Source: a virus (lineage: Duplodnaviria > Caudoviricetes). From it: a stretch of DNA of 64,000 nucleotides. The notes beneath the pieces were generated by a model. The model had not been told where the DNA came from and searched no databases. It saw only the letters and a list, made by a program, of their open reading frames with translations. The DNA is taken from IMG/VR virus record IMGVR_UViG_3300025809_001850; one strand, given 5' to 3'. Shown one piece after another: positions 8,022-16,544 of the stretch (positions are counted from its first letter, which is position 1; every line of letters begins with the position of its first letter). The position numbers and the translations under genes were made by a program.

Positions 8022-9599
8022 TTATTTTTTGTAAAACACAAAGATTGGTTCGTACTTGTGCAACTCTCCGTTTATTTGACAACAATTTTTGATTGTGGTT
8101 CTATCTCCACGCATTGTTGCCATAAGCATTTTAAGAGTTTCAACATACTCAAGACCATATTCTTGTAAAATGTTTTTGCTATCTTCTTCAAGTGGTATAT
8201 ATCCACCACCGTGAGTGATGTCCGCGATATTCCACAATAAATACCTGTCGTGTCTTAAATACTGAGATGCAGTTCTTAATGTGGGACGAAGAAAGTTTTC
8301 TTTCCAATCTTCATACGATGGAAACTTCTTGAAACTTTGTGTGTCATCTGATGAGTATTGTTCACGATTAAAATATGGTGGACTGGTAAATACTAAATCA
8401 AATGTTCCTTTATATTTTTCAAATTCTTTGTTTTGGTGAATGACTTCACTTCCATCTTGAAACAACTGATATGTATTACGGTGTCCAAAAAATGGATTAC
8501 CACCATTTGTTTTGTCGTTGAAAAAATCTGCTACATATTCGTATCTTGATTTATTGAGTTCACTAATATAGTTGTCTGTATTTGGGTCTGTTCCGACATA
8601 ATGTATCTGACGATCATCTATGCTCATAGCACCAAGGATGCGACCACCCCAACCTGCACTTGGATCATATACGGTTAGATCATTTTTGTTTTCAATGTGG
8701 TCTGTATATTTTTGATAAACGAACTTTGCAGTCAATGGTGGAAAGTTTACGGCAGGATGTCTTCCAAGTCCAAGACGAAGTGCTTCCATTGCTGATGGAA
8801 AGATGGTTGATGTTTTGTTGTAGTAACGAATACTAAATTTATATTGAGTTTCATCAAGTGTATCAAGTTTATCAAAGTCTGTGTTAAAGTCTGTTGTTCT
8901 TTCTAAATTGCTGATATTGTTTTGTTCAAGCAAGCCCTCTTTATACAACCTAAGTATTTGTTGAGCAGATAACAATAAATGATTTTCTTCATAGTCTTCA
9001 AACTTTCTTTCTGTGAAAAGTTCAATAATCCAAAAGTCATTGTCGGGATGTAAATGTTTTTCTGCTATAAAGTTTCTAATCCAAGTTTCTCCATCGTTTG
9101 TTGGGTATGGTACTTCATCATCGTTTTTTCTGATTGTTTTTCCGTGAGCAAAAAAAGCATCTCGTCTAATTGTTCTTCTCATCGTGACGTGGAAACTATC
9201 TCTTTTATCGGGATCAACAAAATAGTCGTAAATGCTTTCTGAATGAGTACCTGTTTGCAATGCCATTTTCGTTTTAAGCATTGTTGGAAAAAACTGATCA
9301 ATTACAGTTGCGAACTTGTTAAAGTTTTTTACAATGGTGTTTGATTTATCAAGTTCATCAAGATGTAAAAACTTGCTAACATCATATCTTTGTAGTTTAT
9401 TAAATTGTGCAATAATATCTTTTTCTATTTTACCACTTCTCGGTGGAATTCCTTTTTCATTCCAAGTGGTAACAATATAATATCTTAAATCATCCAACCA
9501 AATTTCAAGTTCCTCTTTGCTTTTTAAAAGTAACTGATGGAAGGTTATGTTTTGCTCCCAATCTACGAGGTTGTTTTTCTCGTAAAAATATTTCTTCAT
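8022..9599 (-). CDS. SAM-dependent DNA amino-methyltransferase-fold protein (SPPY, N4-mC type), paralog B
   Basis: Motif I YDPSAGWGGRILG, motif IV DLVFTSPPYF; start moved to MKKYFYEK (ATGA overlap with upstream stop). Confidence 0.85.
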   Translation of the reverse strand: MKKYFYEKNNLVDWEQNITFHQLLLKSKEELEIWLDDLRYYIVTTWNEKGIPPRSGKIEKDIIAQFNKLQRYDVSKFLHLDELDKSNTIVKNFNKFATVIDQFFPTMLKTKMALQTGTHSESIYDYFVDPDKRDSFHVTMRRTIRRDAFFAHGKTIRKNDDEVPYPTNDGETWIRNFIAEKHLHPDNDFWIIELFTERKFEDYEENHLLLSAQQILRLYKEGLLEQNNISNLERTTDFNTDFDKLDTLDETQYKFSIRYYNKTSTIFPSAMEALRLGLGRHPAVNFPPLTAKFVYQKYTDHIENKNDLTVYDPSAGWGGRILGAMSIDDRQIHYVGTDPNTDNYISELNKSRYEYVADFFNDKTNGGNPFFGHRNTYQLFQDGSEVIHQNKEFEKYKGTFDLVFTSPPYFNREQYSSDDTQSFKKFPSYEDWKENFLRPTLRTASQYLRHDRYLLWNIADITHGGGYIPLEEDSKNILQEYGLEYVETLKMLMATMRGDRTTIKNCCQINGELHKYEPIFVFYKK

Positions 9600-11185
9600 T
9601 TCTTGTAAAACACAAAGATAGGTTCGTACTTTTGTAACTCTCCGTTTATCTTGCAACAATTCTTAACCGTTTCTGCTTTAACACCACGCATTGTTGTCAT
9701 AAGCATTTTAAGAGTTTCAACATACTCAAGTCCGTATTCCGCAAGAATATCACGACTATCTTTTTCTAATGGCATAAATCCATCTCCGTCTGCGATGTCT
9801 GCGATATTCCAAAGCAAGTATCTATCGTTCTTTAAATACTCTGCCGCCGTTTTCAAAGTAGGACGAAGAAAATTGTCTCTCCAATCTGCATACTCTGGAA
9901 ACTTTTTGAAACTCTGAGATTCATCTGCTGAATATTGCTCACGATTAAAATATGGTGGACTTGTAAAAACCAAATCAAGTTTGCCTTTATATTTTTGGAA
10001 ACTTGGGTTATTGTGAATTTCTTCACTTCCATTTTGATAAACATCATATGTGTTGCGATGACCAAAGAATGGATTACCTCCATTTGTTTTATCATTAAAA
10101 AAGTCTGCAAGATATTCGTAACGACTTTTGCCAAGTTCATCAATATAATTGTCGGTGTTTGGATCAGTTCCGATATAATGAATTTGACGATCATGTACTG
10201 ACATAGCACCAAGAATGCGACCACCCCATCCTGCACTTGGATCATATATATGAAGATCACTTTTATCTTGAATGTGGTCTGTGTACTTCTGATAAATGTA
10301 CTTTGCAGTCAACGGAGGAAAGTTTACTGCTGGTTGACTAAGACCCAACTTGAATGCTTCCATTGCTGATGGAAATATTCTTGAGTTTTTGTCGTAATAT
10401 CTAATGCTAAAACGAAACTCTACTTCTTTGTCATCTTCAATAACGACATCATTTATATTTTCAATATCGTCACCGAAGTTTGCAGTTCTTTCTAAATTTC
10501 TGATGTTGTTTATTTCAAGCAAACCTTCTTTGTGTAATTTTCTTATTTGCTTTGCAGTAAGCATCAAACTACTTTCTTCGTATGAATCAAACTTCTTTTC
10601 GGTGAACAACTCAATAATCCAAAAGTCGTTGTGTGGATGAAGATGTTTCTCTTTGACAAAATTACGAACCCACTCTTCTGCGTTTTCAGTTGGACACGGA
10701 ACATCATAATCATTTTTCTTGATTGTTCTTCCATGAGCATAAAATGAATCTCTTCGCACGGTTCGTCTCATGCAAGTGTGAAAACTTTCTCGTTTCTCTG
10801 GATTAGCAAAGCAATCATAAACACTCCAAGATGTATGCTTACTTGAACCTATTTTAGTTTTAAGCATTGTTGGAAAAAACTGATCAACTACGGTTGCGAA
10901 CTTGTTAAAGTTTTTGACGATGGTATTTGTTCCGTCCATTTCGTCTTTGTGCTGAAACTTATATACATTGTATCCTGATAACTTGTTTAAGTTGGCAATA
11001 ATATCTTTTTCGTTTTTACCAGTTCTCGGAGGAAGACCCTCATTATCCCAAGTGTCTACAATATAAGTTCTAAGTTCGTCTATCCACTTGGTTAACTCTG
11101 TACCATTCTTTTGTAATAGTTCATGGAATGTAATATTAACCCTACATTCTGCAAGATTGTTTTTTTCGTAAAAGTATTTTTTCAT
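9596..11185 (-). CDS. SAM-dependent DNA amino-methyltransferase-fold protein (SPPY, N4-mC type), paralog A
   Basis: QPAVNFPPLTAK, YDPSAGWGGRILG, DLVFTSPPYF; colinear with paralog B over the full length. Confidence 0.85.
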   Translation of the reverse strand: MKKYFYEKNNLAECRVNITFHELLQKNGTELTKWIDELRTYIVDTWDNEGLPPRTGKNEKDIIANLNKLSGYNVYKFQHKDEMDGTNTIVKNFNKFATVVDQFFPTMLKTKIGSSKHTSWSVYDCFANPEKRESFHTCMRRTVRRDSFYAHGRTIKKNDYDVPCPTENAEEWVRNFVKEKHLHPHNDFWIIELFTEKKFDSYEESSLMLTAKQIRKLHKEGLLEINNIRNLERTANFGDDIENINDVVIEDDKEVEFRFSIRYYDKNSRIFPSAMEAFKLGLSQPAVNFPPLTAKYIYQKYTDHIQDKSDLHIYDPSAGWGGRILGAMSVHDRQIHYIGTDPNTDNYIDELGKSRYEYLADFFNDKTNGGNPFFGHRNTYDVYQNGSEEIHNNPSFQKYKGKLDLVFTSPPYFNREQYSADESQSFKKFPEYADWRDNFLRPTLKTAAEYLKNDRYLLWNIADIADGDGFMPLEKDSRDILAEYGLEYVETLKMLMTTMRGVKAETVKNCCKINGELQKYEPIFVFYKK

Positions 11186-11186
11186 A

Positions 11187-12008
11187 TTATGCACCTACAT
11201 TCCAAAACAACGCACCTTCTTTTGCGTGTTCTTTAACAAACTTCCATGCTTTAGCATCATAAGTCGGAGCAGATGGAAATGGTGGCATTTCACTTTCTTT
11301 TATTGCTTTATCAAACTGATACTCTGATCTATAATATTTTGCTCGTCCTATTTCTCGTTCATTCATTTTATGTCCAACAGATACTACATTAACAGGTATC
11401 TCAGGAAACGCAAGTTGTAAACCACGACTAATAGTTCCACTTGATCCAACACTCCATATCTCACTTGGTAATTTTTTGGACAACGCATTTCGTGCAACCT
11501 TTATTATACTTGCCACAACCGTTGGATGTTCAAGACCAATTGGAAATTCCATTCTATTTTCAGGGTCTTCTGCAACATATTTTTTTGCTCTTGATTTGGT
11601 TACCGATAGCATTCCCATATTAACCCATTCGTATATAGCACCCAAACCCATTCCTCTTTTTTGATATTCGTGGTAATTCTCAGGATTTCGTTTTGCCATA
11701 AACAGAATTACTTTTTTTCCGTATTTCTCTGCAACGACCGGTAAAGATATTTGTGCATATCCTGTTGCAGGACAACAACCAAATACAATTTCGTTTGCCG
11801 TTGTTTCTTGTATAAACTTATCAACAAACCTAATCTTACTTCCGTAGTTTAATAAATCATCACGCACTACATCAATACCTTCATAATTGATAATAACCGG
11901 ATCAGGATTTGGGTCTTCCCAATCTTTCACCAGACCAAGTAGTTGATCTTCACTCCACACATTACCTGTGTTGTCTTCATATACTGATTCTATAAATTGT
12001 GATAACAT
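11187..12008 (-). CDS. PLP-dependent enzyme, fold type II (D-cysteine desulfhydrase/ACC deaminase/TrpB-like)
   Basis: VRDDLL..GSKIR (Schiff-base Lys), SVGSSGTISRGL phosphate loop, PTYDAKAW; start 12008 gives a TAATG overlap. Confidence 0.8.
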   Translation of the reverse strand: MLSQFIESVYEDNTGNVWSEDQLLGLVKDWEDPNPDPVIINYEGIDVVRDDLLNYGSKIRFVDKFIQETTANEIVFGCCPATGYAQISLPVVAEKYGKKVILFMAKRNPENYHEYQKRGMGLGAIYEWVNMGMLSVTKSRAKKYVAEDPENRMEFPIGLEHPTVVASIIKVARNALSKKLPSEIWSVGSSGTISRGLQLAFPEIPVNVVSVGHKMNEREIGRAKYYRSEYQFDKAIKESEMPPFPSAPTYDAKAWKFVKEHAKEGALFWNVGA

Positions 12009-12478
12009 TACCATTCCTTTGTGTTTACTTTGTTTGCTCGGTCTTTTGATAGATTACATCCCATGAGTTCACCCAATATACGCGTTCTATTGGAAGGTCC
12101 TGGTCTGCCAACCGTATTATACATGAAATAACACTTTTTTGCTTTCGTGTAATCCACATCTTCAAAATTAGAAAATTGATCAACTGCCAAATCAACTATT
12201 GAATAATCTGGCCACATAATAAAACGATGAAGTCCATCGTCTCCTGGTATACCAGGTAGTTTATATGGTTTAGAACCACGTGGTGATAAATAGTAATATA
12301 CAAACTCTGCAATTACATAACAATAGTTTTTGGTTGGATTATCTTCTGACCAACCCTCTCGCATTAACTTTGTTTTAAGATGTTGTATTCCCATGATTCT
12401 AAGTGAGTTGTGTAACTTGTCTTTAGTTACACCTGCAATATCGTACATTTTTTGAAGTCGATCTTCTGAGATTTTCAT
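12008..12478 (-). CDS. hypothetical protein with possible Cys-His-Asp (transglutaminase/papain-like) triad
   Basis: 156 aa; NYCYVIAE...LHRFIM...IVDLAVDQF spacing. Confidence 0.55.
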   Translation of the reverse strand: MKISEDRLQKMYDIAGVTKDKLHNSLRIMGIQHLKTKLMREGWSEDNPTKNYCYVIAEFVYYYLSPRGSKPYKLPGIPGDDGLHRFIMWPDYSIVDLAVDQFSNFEDVDYTKAKKCYFMYNTVGRPGPSNRTRILGELMGCNLSKDRANKVNTKEW

Positions 12479-13761
12479 TCAATGTAATCGTCTGCTTCTT
12501 TCGTAGGTGGGTATAGTTTACTGCTTTCTACCATCCAATCTCTAAAGTTTTTATTTGCTTTTAAATCAACCACCAAGTGGTATCTGTCTTCTGTTCCACC
12601 GTTGAATGCGGTATGAGGTTTTCTCATATCAAGATACCACAATTCTCCTTGTTTCATTTTGTCTACCGTTTTTGATCCGTCTGTGTTCCACAACGTAAAC
12701 TGAACCTTTGGGTTAGTTCTAATTGGAAAGTGAACTCTTGCCCATTGATTGTCTGATATACCTGCTTCTTTGTCTTGTCTGTCGGTGTGTCTTTGTAACT
12801 CACCCTCACCCCCGGATAACTTTAATATCCGAATTCTTTCAAATTCGTATGGAAGTAATTTAAGATATTCTTCAACCGCCGGAAGTTTTTCACGAAGTGG
12901 GGTATCTTCAACTTTCCATTTTAGTTTTTCTGGATTTTCTTTTTTCCACTTGTTACCCATTTCACTTGGTTTGATAATAAAGTCCCAATCACCTCCATAT
13001 CCAGAAACTGTAATACCCGACCACGAATCACTTTTGTTGTAGTTAGAGTAGTGATTAGAGAAATCTGAATTTACCTTATCAAGTTGTTCCATTATTTTTT
13101 TAGGATTGGGTATGTTGGGCATGGCAAGTCGTTGCAACGCAATTTCTTGGGCAGGATCAATCTGCGTATGCTCACCACCCTTAAACCAAAATCCGTACAT
13201 ATCTGCAAAACTTGATATTAAATTGTCTTTGCGAGTATATCCAATTGATGCAAGAAGATCACGAATTCGTTTCAATTGCATATCACACTCAACTACTGTA
13301 GTTCCTGATTCAAAAAAGTTTCCTTTTGCTTCATGCTTTTGAATGAGATTTCCTAACCACTCTTCGTATCCAGGATAGCAGGCCACTTCCTGTATGTATG
13401 AGTCATTGCTACTTAGTGTTATTTCTCTACCAGTAAAACTGACTATTTTCTTTTTCTTGGAATGCATTTTCGGAATAACGAAATATAAAATACACGCACG
13501 AATAACTCCACCTTCGTCTTCAACCCAATCTACTTTTTCGTAAGTATCTTCTTTATGACCAAGCAGTTTTTGGTTGGTCATGTTGTTTATTTTCCTAAAT
13601 GGGTCACGTAGTCTTGGAGAATCTTTAAATGAATCTTCTGGATGTTGTGTATTCCAAAAGCAACTCAACAAATTCTCATATATTGGACTATCTTCATAGA
13701 CCCACTTTTTTCCATTGTGAAATGGTTTGGGGTAATCTAGCTTTAAATTCCTAAAATTCAT
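12475..13761 (-). CDS. 2OG-Fe(II) dioxygenase (AspH/Asp-Arg beta-hydroxylase-like) with N-terminal possibly GNAT-like domain
   Basis: C-terminal RIRILKL...LQRHTD...RVHFPIRTN...GELWYLDMRKPHTAFNGGTEDRYHLVVD (HxD...H, R); N-terminal ~200 aa alpha/beta domain, GNAT call weak. Confidence 0.75.
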   Translation of the reverse strand: MNFRNLKLDYPKPFHNGKKWVYEDSPIYENLLSCFWNTQHPEDSFKDSPRLRDPFRKINNMTNQKLLGHKEDTYEKVDWVEDEGGVIRACILYFVIPKMHSKKKKIVSFTGREITLSSNDSYIQEVACYPGYEEWLGNLIQKHEAKGNFFESGTTVVECDMQLKRIRDLLASIGYTRKDNLISSFADMYGFWFKGGEHTQIDPAQEIALQRLAMPNIPNPKKIMEQLDKVNSDFSNHYSNYNKSDSWSGITVSGYGGDWDFIIKPSEMGNKWKKENPEKLKWKVEDTPLREKLPAVEEYLKLLPYEFERIRILKLSGGEGELQRHTDRQDKEAGISDNQWARVHFPIRTNPKVQFTLWNTDGSKTVDKMKQGELWYLDMRKPHTAFNGGTEDRYHLVVDLKANKNFRDWMVESSKLYPPTKEADDYIE

Positions 13762-13767
13762 ATATAT

Positions 13768-13796
13768 ATTATATGAATTATTTTACTTTGCGTCAA
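13768..13796 (-). promoter_or_regulatory. near-consensus sigma70 promoter driving the five-gene operon
   Basis: TTGACG (13796-13791), 17 bp, TATAAT (13773-13768); ATG 6 nt downstream at 13761. Confidence 0.8.
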
Positions 13797-14688
13797 CTAT
13801 TTTTTTAATGTAATCTTCAAGTTTTATTTTTGCAACCCAACCTAAGTGTTGGTAAGTTAAAGAAGGAATTGCTTTTCCGTAAAATCTTTCACCCCGTCTT
13901 TCTGGAATCATAATGTGTTTGTGATTAAACATTTTTGCTACATCAATTATTTTATGAGAAATAGAAGTTCCAAGGGGGTATTCATCCTGACGTCCATTCT
14001 CTGCCGCCAGCACCACACCATTCACAATGTCATTAACATGAGTAAAATCTCTTGATTGTTCTCCTGGTTCCACAACCGTGAGTGGTTCTCCTTTAGCATA
14101 TTGCTCTTCAAAGATTCCTATTACGGTTGCATAATCTCCTGTTCTAACTTGTCCAGGTCCGTAAGCATTATAAAAATAGGTTATCTCATATTTCAAATCA
14201 AACCAATCTGCGTAGTTCTTTATGAGTTCAACCATTTTTGCTTTCATCCACGCATACGGAGAAAGATTTTCATCTTTACCATCATTACCAAACTTACTTG
14301 AACTAGCAGAGTAAATTAACTTTGCTTTTTTTGCAACACAATAATCAAGAACCATTTTTGTTCCTTGTATATTATAATCCCAACAACTATCAAATCCATC
14401 AAAACTTGTTACTATTCTTGAAAACTCTCCGAAGTGAAAAACAACATCTGGTTCAAATGAATCGGCAACATCCATTTTGGTATTATTTGCATCAAATTTT
14501 TTCGGAATCAACGTCTGAGTATCCTTATCAAGATAAGTTATTTTTTTGCTTTTGATGTGGTTACTTTCATACCCACTACTATAATTGTCAATAGACACAA
14601 CTTCTATATTCTTATACTTGCGAATAAGTTTGCGTATAAGTGCAGTGCCAACGAATCCCGCACCACCTGTTATTAATACTTTGTTCAC
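13783..14688 (-). CDS. NAD-dependent nucleotide-sugar epimerase/dehydratase (extended SDR)
   Basis: ITGGAGFVG, YSASSS, YAWMK (YxxxK), YFYNAYGP, RDFTHVNDIV; GTG start overlapping upstream TGA. Confidence 0.9.
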   Translation of the reverse strand: MNKVLITGGAGFVGTALIRKLIRKYKNIEVVSIDNYSSGYESNHIKSKKITYLDKDTQTLIPKKFDANNTKMDVADSFEPDVVFHFGEFSRIVTSFDGFDSCWDYNIQGTKMVLDYCVAKKAKLIYSASSSKFGNDGKDENLSPYAWMKAKMVELIKNYADWFDLKYEITYFYNAYGPGQVRTGDYATVIGIFEEQYAKGEPLTVVEPGEQSRDFTHVNDIVNGVVLAAENGRQDEYPLGTSISHKIIDVAKMFNHKHIMIPERRGERFYGKAIPSLTYQHLGWVAKIKLEDYIKKIVDAK

Positions 14689-15092
14689 TTTTGTTCTTTT
14701 AACCCGGTTAAATCACTTGAACTTCGTATTTTGTCGCCGAGACCATCAACCATTTCAATGTTATGATTTTTACAAACAACACTTTCAGGAACTTCACCCG
14801 TACTTCTATCTCCACCATTTGCAAAGATGTCGGGTTTAATTGCATCTAGAGAAGCACATACACTTTTGTCTTGATCAATGCTGAGAAACACTTCATCAAC
14901 AATTTTAAGTGCTTCTACGATTTTTACTCTATCTGCTTCATCCATGAATGGTTTGCCTTTTTTAAGAACACATTGATGATTGTTGTTTACAATAACAACA
15001 AGACGATCACCAAGTTGTTTTGCCATTTCTAAATACTCTAAATGTCCTACATGAATAGGATCAAAGTATCCACTAACTGCTACTGTTTTCAT
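14685..15092 (-). CDS. cytidylyl/adenylyltransferase family (G3P-cytidylyltransferase / HldE-II like)
   Basis: SGYFDPIHVGHLEYL (HxGH), KPDIFANGGDR, KIRSSS; start at MKTVAV. Confidence 0.9.
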   Translation of the reverse strand: MKTVAVSGYFDPIHVGHLEYLEMAKQLGDRLVVIVNNNHQCVLKKGKPFMDEADRVKIVEALKIVDEVFLSIDQDKSVCASLDAIKPDIFANGGDRSTGEVPESVVCKNHNIEMVDGLGDKIRSSSDLTGLKEQK

Positions 15093-15096
15093 TTTA

Positions 15097-15468
15097 CTAT
15101 TCCGATTTATGTTTTTCTGGACGATCATAATCATCCTGAACACGAACAATGTCATCTTCACCAAAATAAGTTCCTGTTTGAACTTCCACTAAAATCATAT
15201 CTCCTGTGGCACTTGGATTTGCCATTCTATGTTTTGCTCCGAGTGGAATCAACACGGTTTCACCTGCTTTGTAATCTTCCGTAACATCATCTAAAGTTAT
15301 TCTCGCAATCCCACTAACGACTGTCCATGCTTCTTGTCGTTTGTGATGATACTGATAACTTAATCTTTGTCCCGGTTTCACGAAGATGCGTTTAACTTTG
15401 CAGTAATCTGCGTCTAGAAGAATTTCATAATTTCCCCAAGGTCTAATACTTTCGTCTGTTTCACTCAT
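15097..15468 (-). CDS. cupin, mannose-6-phosphate isomerase type II C-terminal-like
   Basis: RPWGNYEIL, VKRIFVKPGQRLSYQYHHKRQEAW, HRMANP, EVQTGTYFGEDDIVR. Confidence 0.9.
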   Translation of the reverse strand: MSETDESIRPWGNYEILLDADYCKVKRIFVKPGQRLSYQYHHKRQEAWTVVSGIARITLDDVTEDYKAGETVLIPLGAKHRMANPSATGDMILVEVQTGTYFGEDDIVRVQDDYDRPEKHKSE

Positions 15469-15552
15469 AATTTTTATCCCCATCTATCTGCTAGATCTTG
15501 TGCAGATATCTGATTGTTGTTTTTTATATTTTTTACTTTATTCGGTAAAATT

Positions 15553-15581
15553 ACTATACTATTTTTTATGATGTTAGTAAA
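15553..15581 (-). promoter_or_regulatory. sigma70-type promoter
   Basis: TTTACT, 17 bp, TATAGT on minus strand. Confidence 0.55.
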
Positions 15582-15589
15582 GTTAATTT

Positions 15590-16543
15590 TCATTGACCAT
15601 ACACTCCTTCAAACTTTTCAATAAAGTTATTCAATTCTGACTTTGGCAGCTCATTAACACCCGCTGCTTTCTCACGACCACCACCAGTTGGAAATTGTAA
15701 GGCAAGTTTGCTTGCTCCGTATGGATTTGTTTTTGGTGAACGGATGCTTACACGATAAGTTTCTTCGTCTATCAATGTTAAAATTGCAAATGCTTTGTTT
15801 GGGGTATCTGTTGTTTGTTGATTGCTATATATACCCGAATACCGAACGGATGCTTTTGTGTTCGGAAGTAGAATTACCTTACCTGTATCTGTGTCGTGTA
15901 AAATTTCTGATGAACTTAATTCTGCTTTATCTGAAATCATCTGTGTATGAATTTTGTTGTAGATTTCCGATTTTTTTCTGTATTGAAACGGAGATACATA
16001 TTGATGTAAATCAAGATACACTTCTTTTGGATCAACTGTTAAGTCTGATAATTCGTTTCCGTATCCATTATAGTTTAATGTTTCACCAATTTCTTTAAGT
16101 TCCGACATTATCGTTTCATTGAAGTTAGGATTAAGTTTTTCTGCTTGTTCGTGTAAATTATCTCCGTATGCTCCACATATAGTCCAAGGTCTGTGTAATC
16201 CGTCTATATATTTATCAACTAAAATGTTTGTGCAACAATTTGGGTCTGCATCTACTTTTATTGAAAAGTTTTCACCTAGATCAGTTTCACCTGGTTCGTG
16301 GTGATCAAACCAAGTTACACGATTGTTGTTATTTAGTACCTCACCTATATAGTCTTTATTAGACAACAATGAAATATCAAAAACAGTAAGTGTTGATTTT
16401 TTAATATCAACTGCGTGTCTTAAAAGTTTTACATCACGTTTGACTCCTGTAAAAACTTCACTTTTTTGTGGAAATTGTAAACGATATTGATGTAGACTTA
16501 TAATGCCATCTGCATCTCCGTTAAAAAAATCATAATACTTCAT
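15590..16543 (-). CDS. DHH-family phosphoesterase
   Basis: NGDADG, FDIS, WFDHH, DHHA1-like GGGREKAAG; start at MKYYDFF. Confidence 0.85.
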   Translation of the reverse strand: MKYYDFFNGDADGIISLHQYRLQFPQKSEVFTGVKRDVKLLRHAVDIKKSTLTVFDISLLSNKDYIGEVLNNNNRVTWFDHHEPGETDLGENFSIKVDADPNCCTNILVDKYIDGLHRPWTICGAYGDNLHEQAEKLNPNFNETIMSELKEIGETLNYNGYGNELSDLTVDPKEVYLDLHQYVSPFQYRKKSEIYNKIHTQMISDKAELSSSEILHDTDTGKVILLPNTKASVRYSGIYSNQQTTDTPNKAFAILTLIDEETYRVSIRSPKTNPYGASKLALQFPTGGGREKAAGVNELPKSELNNFIEKFEGVYGQ

Positions 16544-16544
16544 T

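Noticed and set aside
9596-9659. Apparent 64-nt overlap of the two MTase ORFs and other long N-terminal extensions in the ORF track
   Set aside because: Paralog alignment and ATGA/TAATG coupling indicate downstream starts (9599, 11185, 15092, 16543, 28544, 31063, 32465).
8022-11185. MTase duplication as a diversity-generating retroelement TR/VR pair
   Set aside because: Both copies are full-length ORFs, differences are not confined to adenines, and there is no reverse transcriptase in the window.
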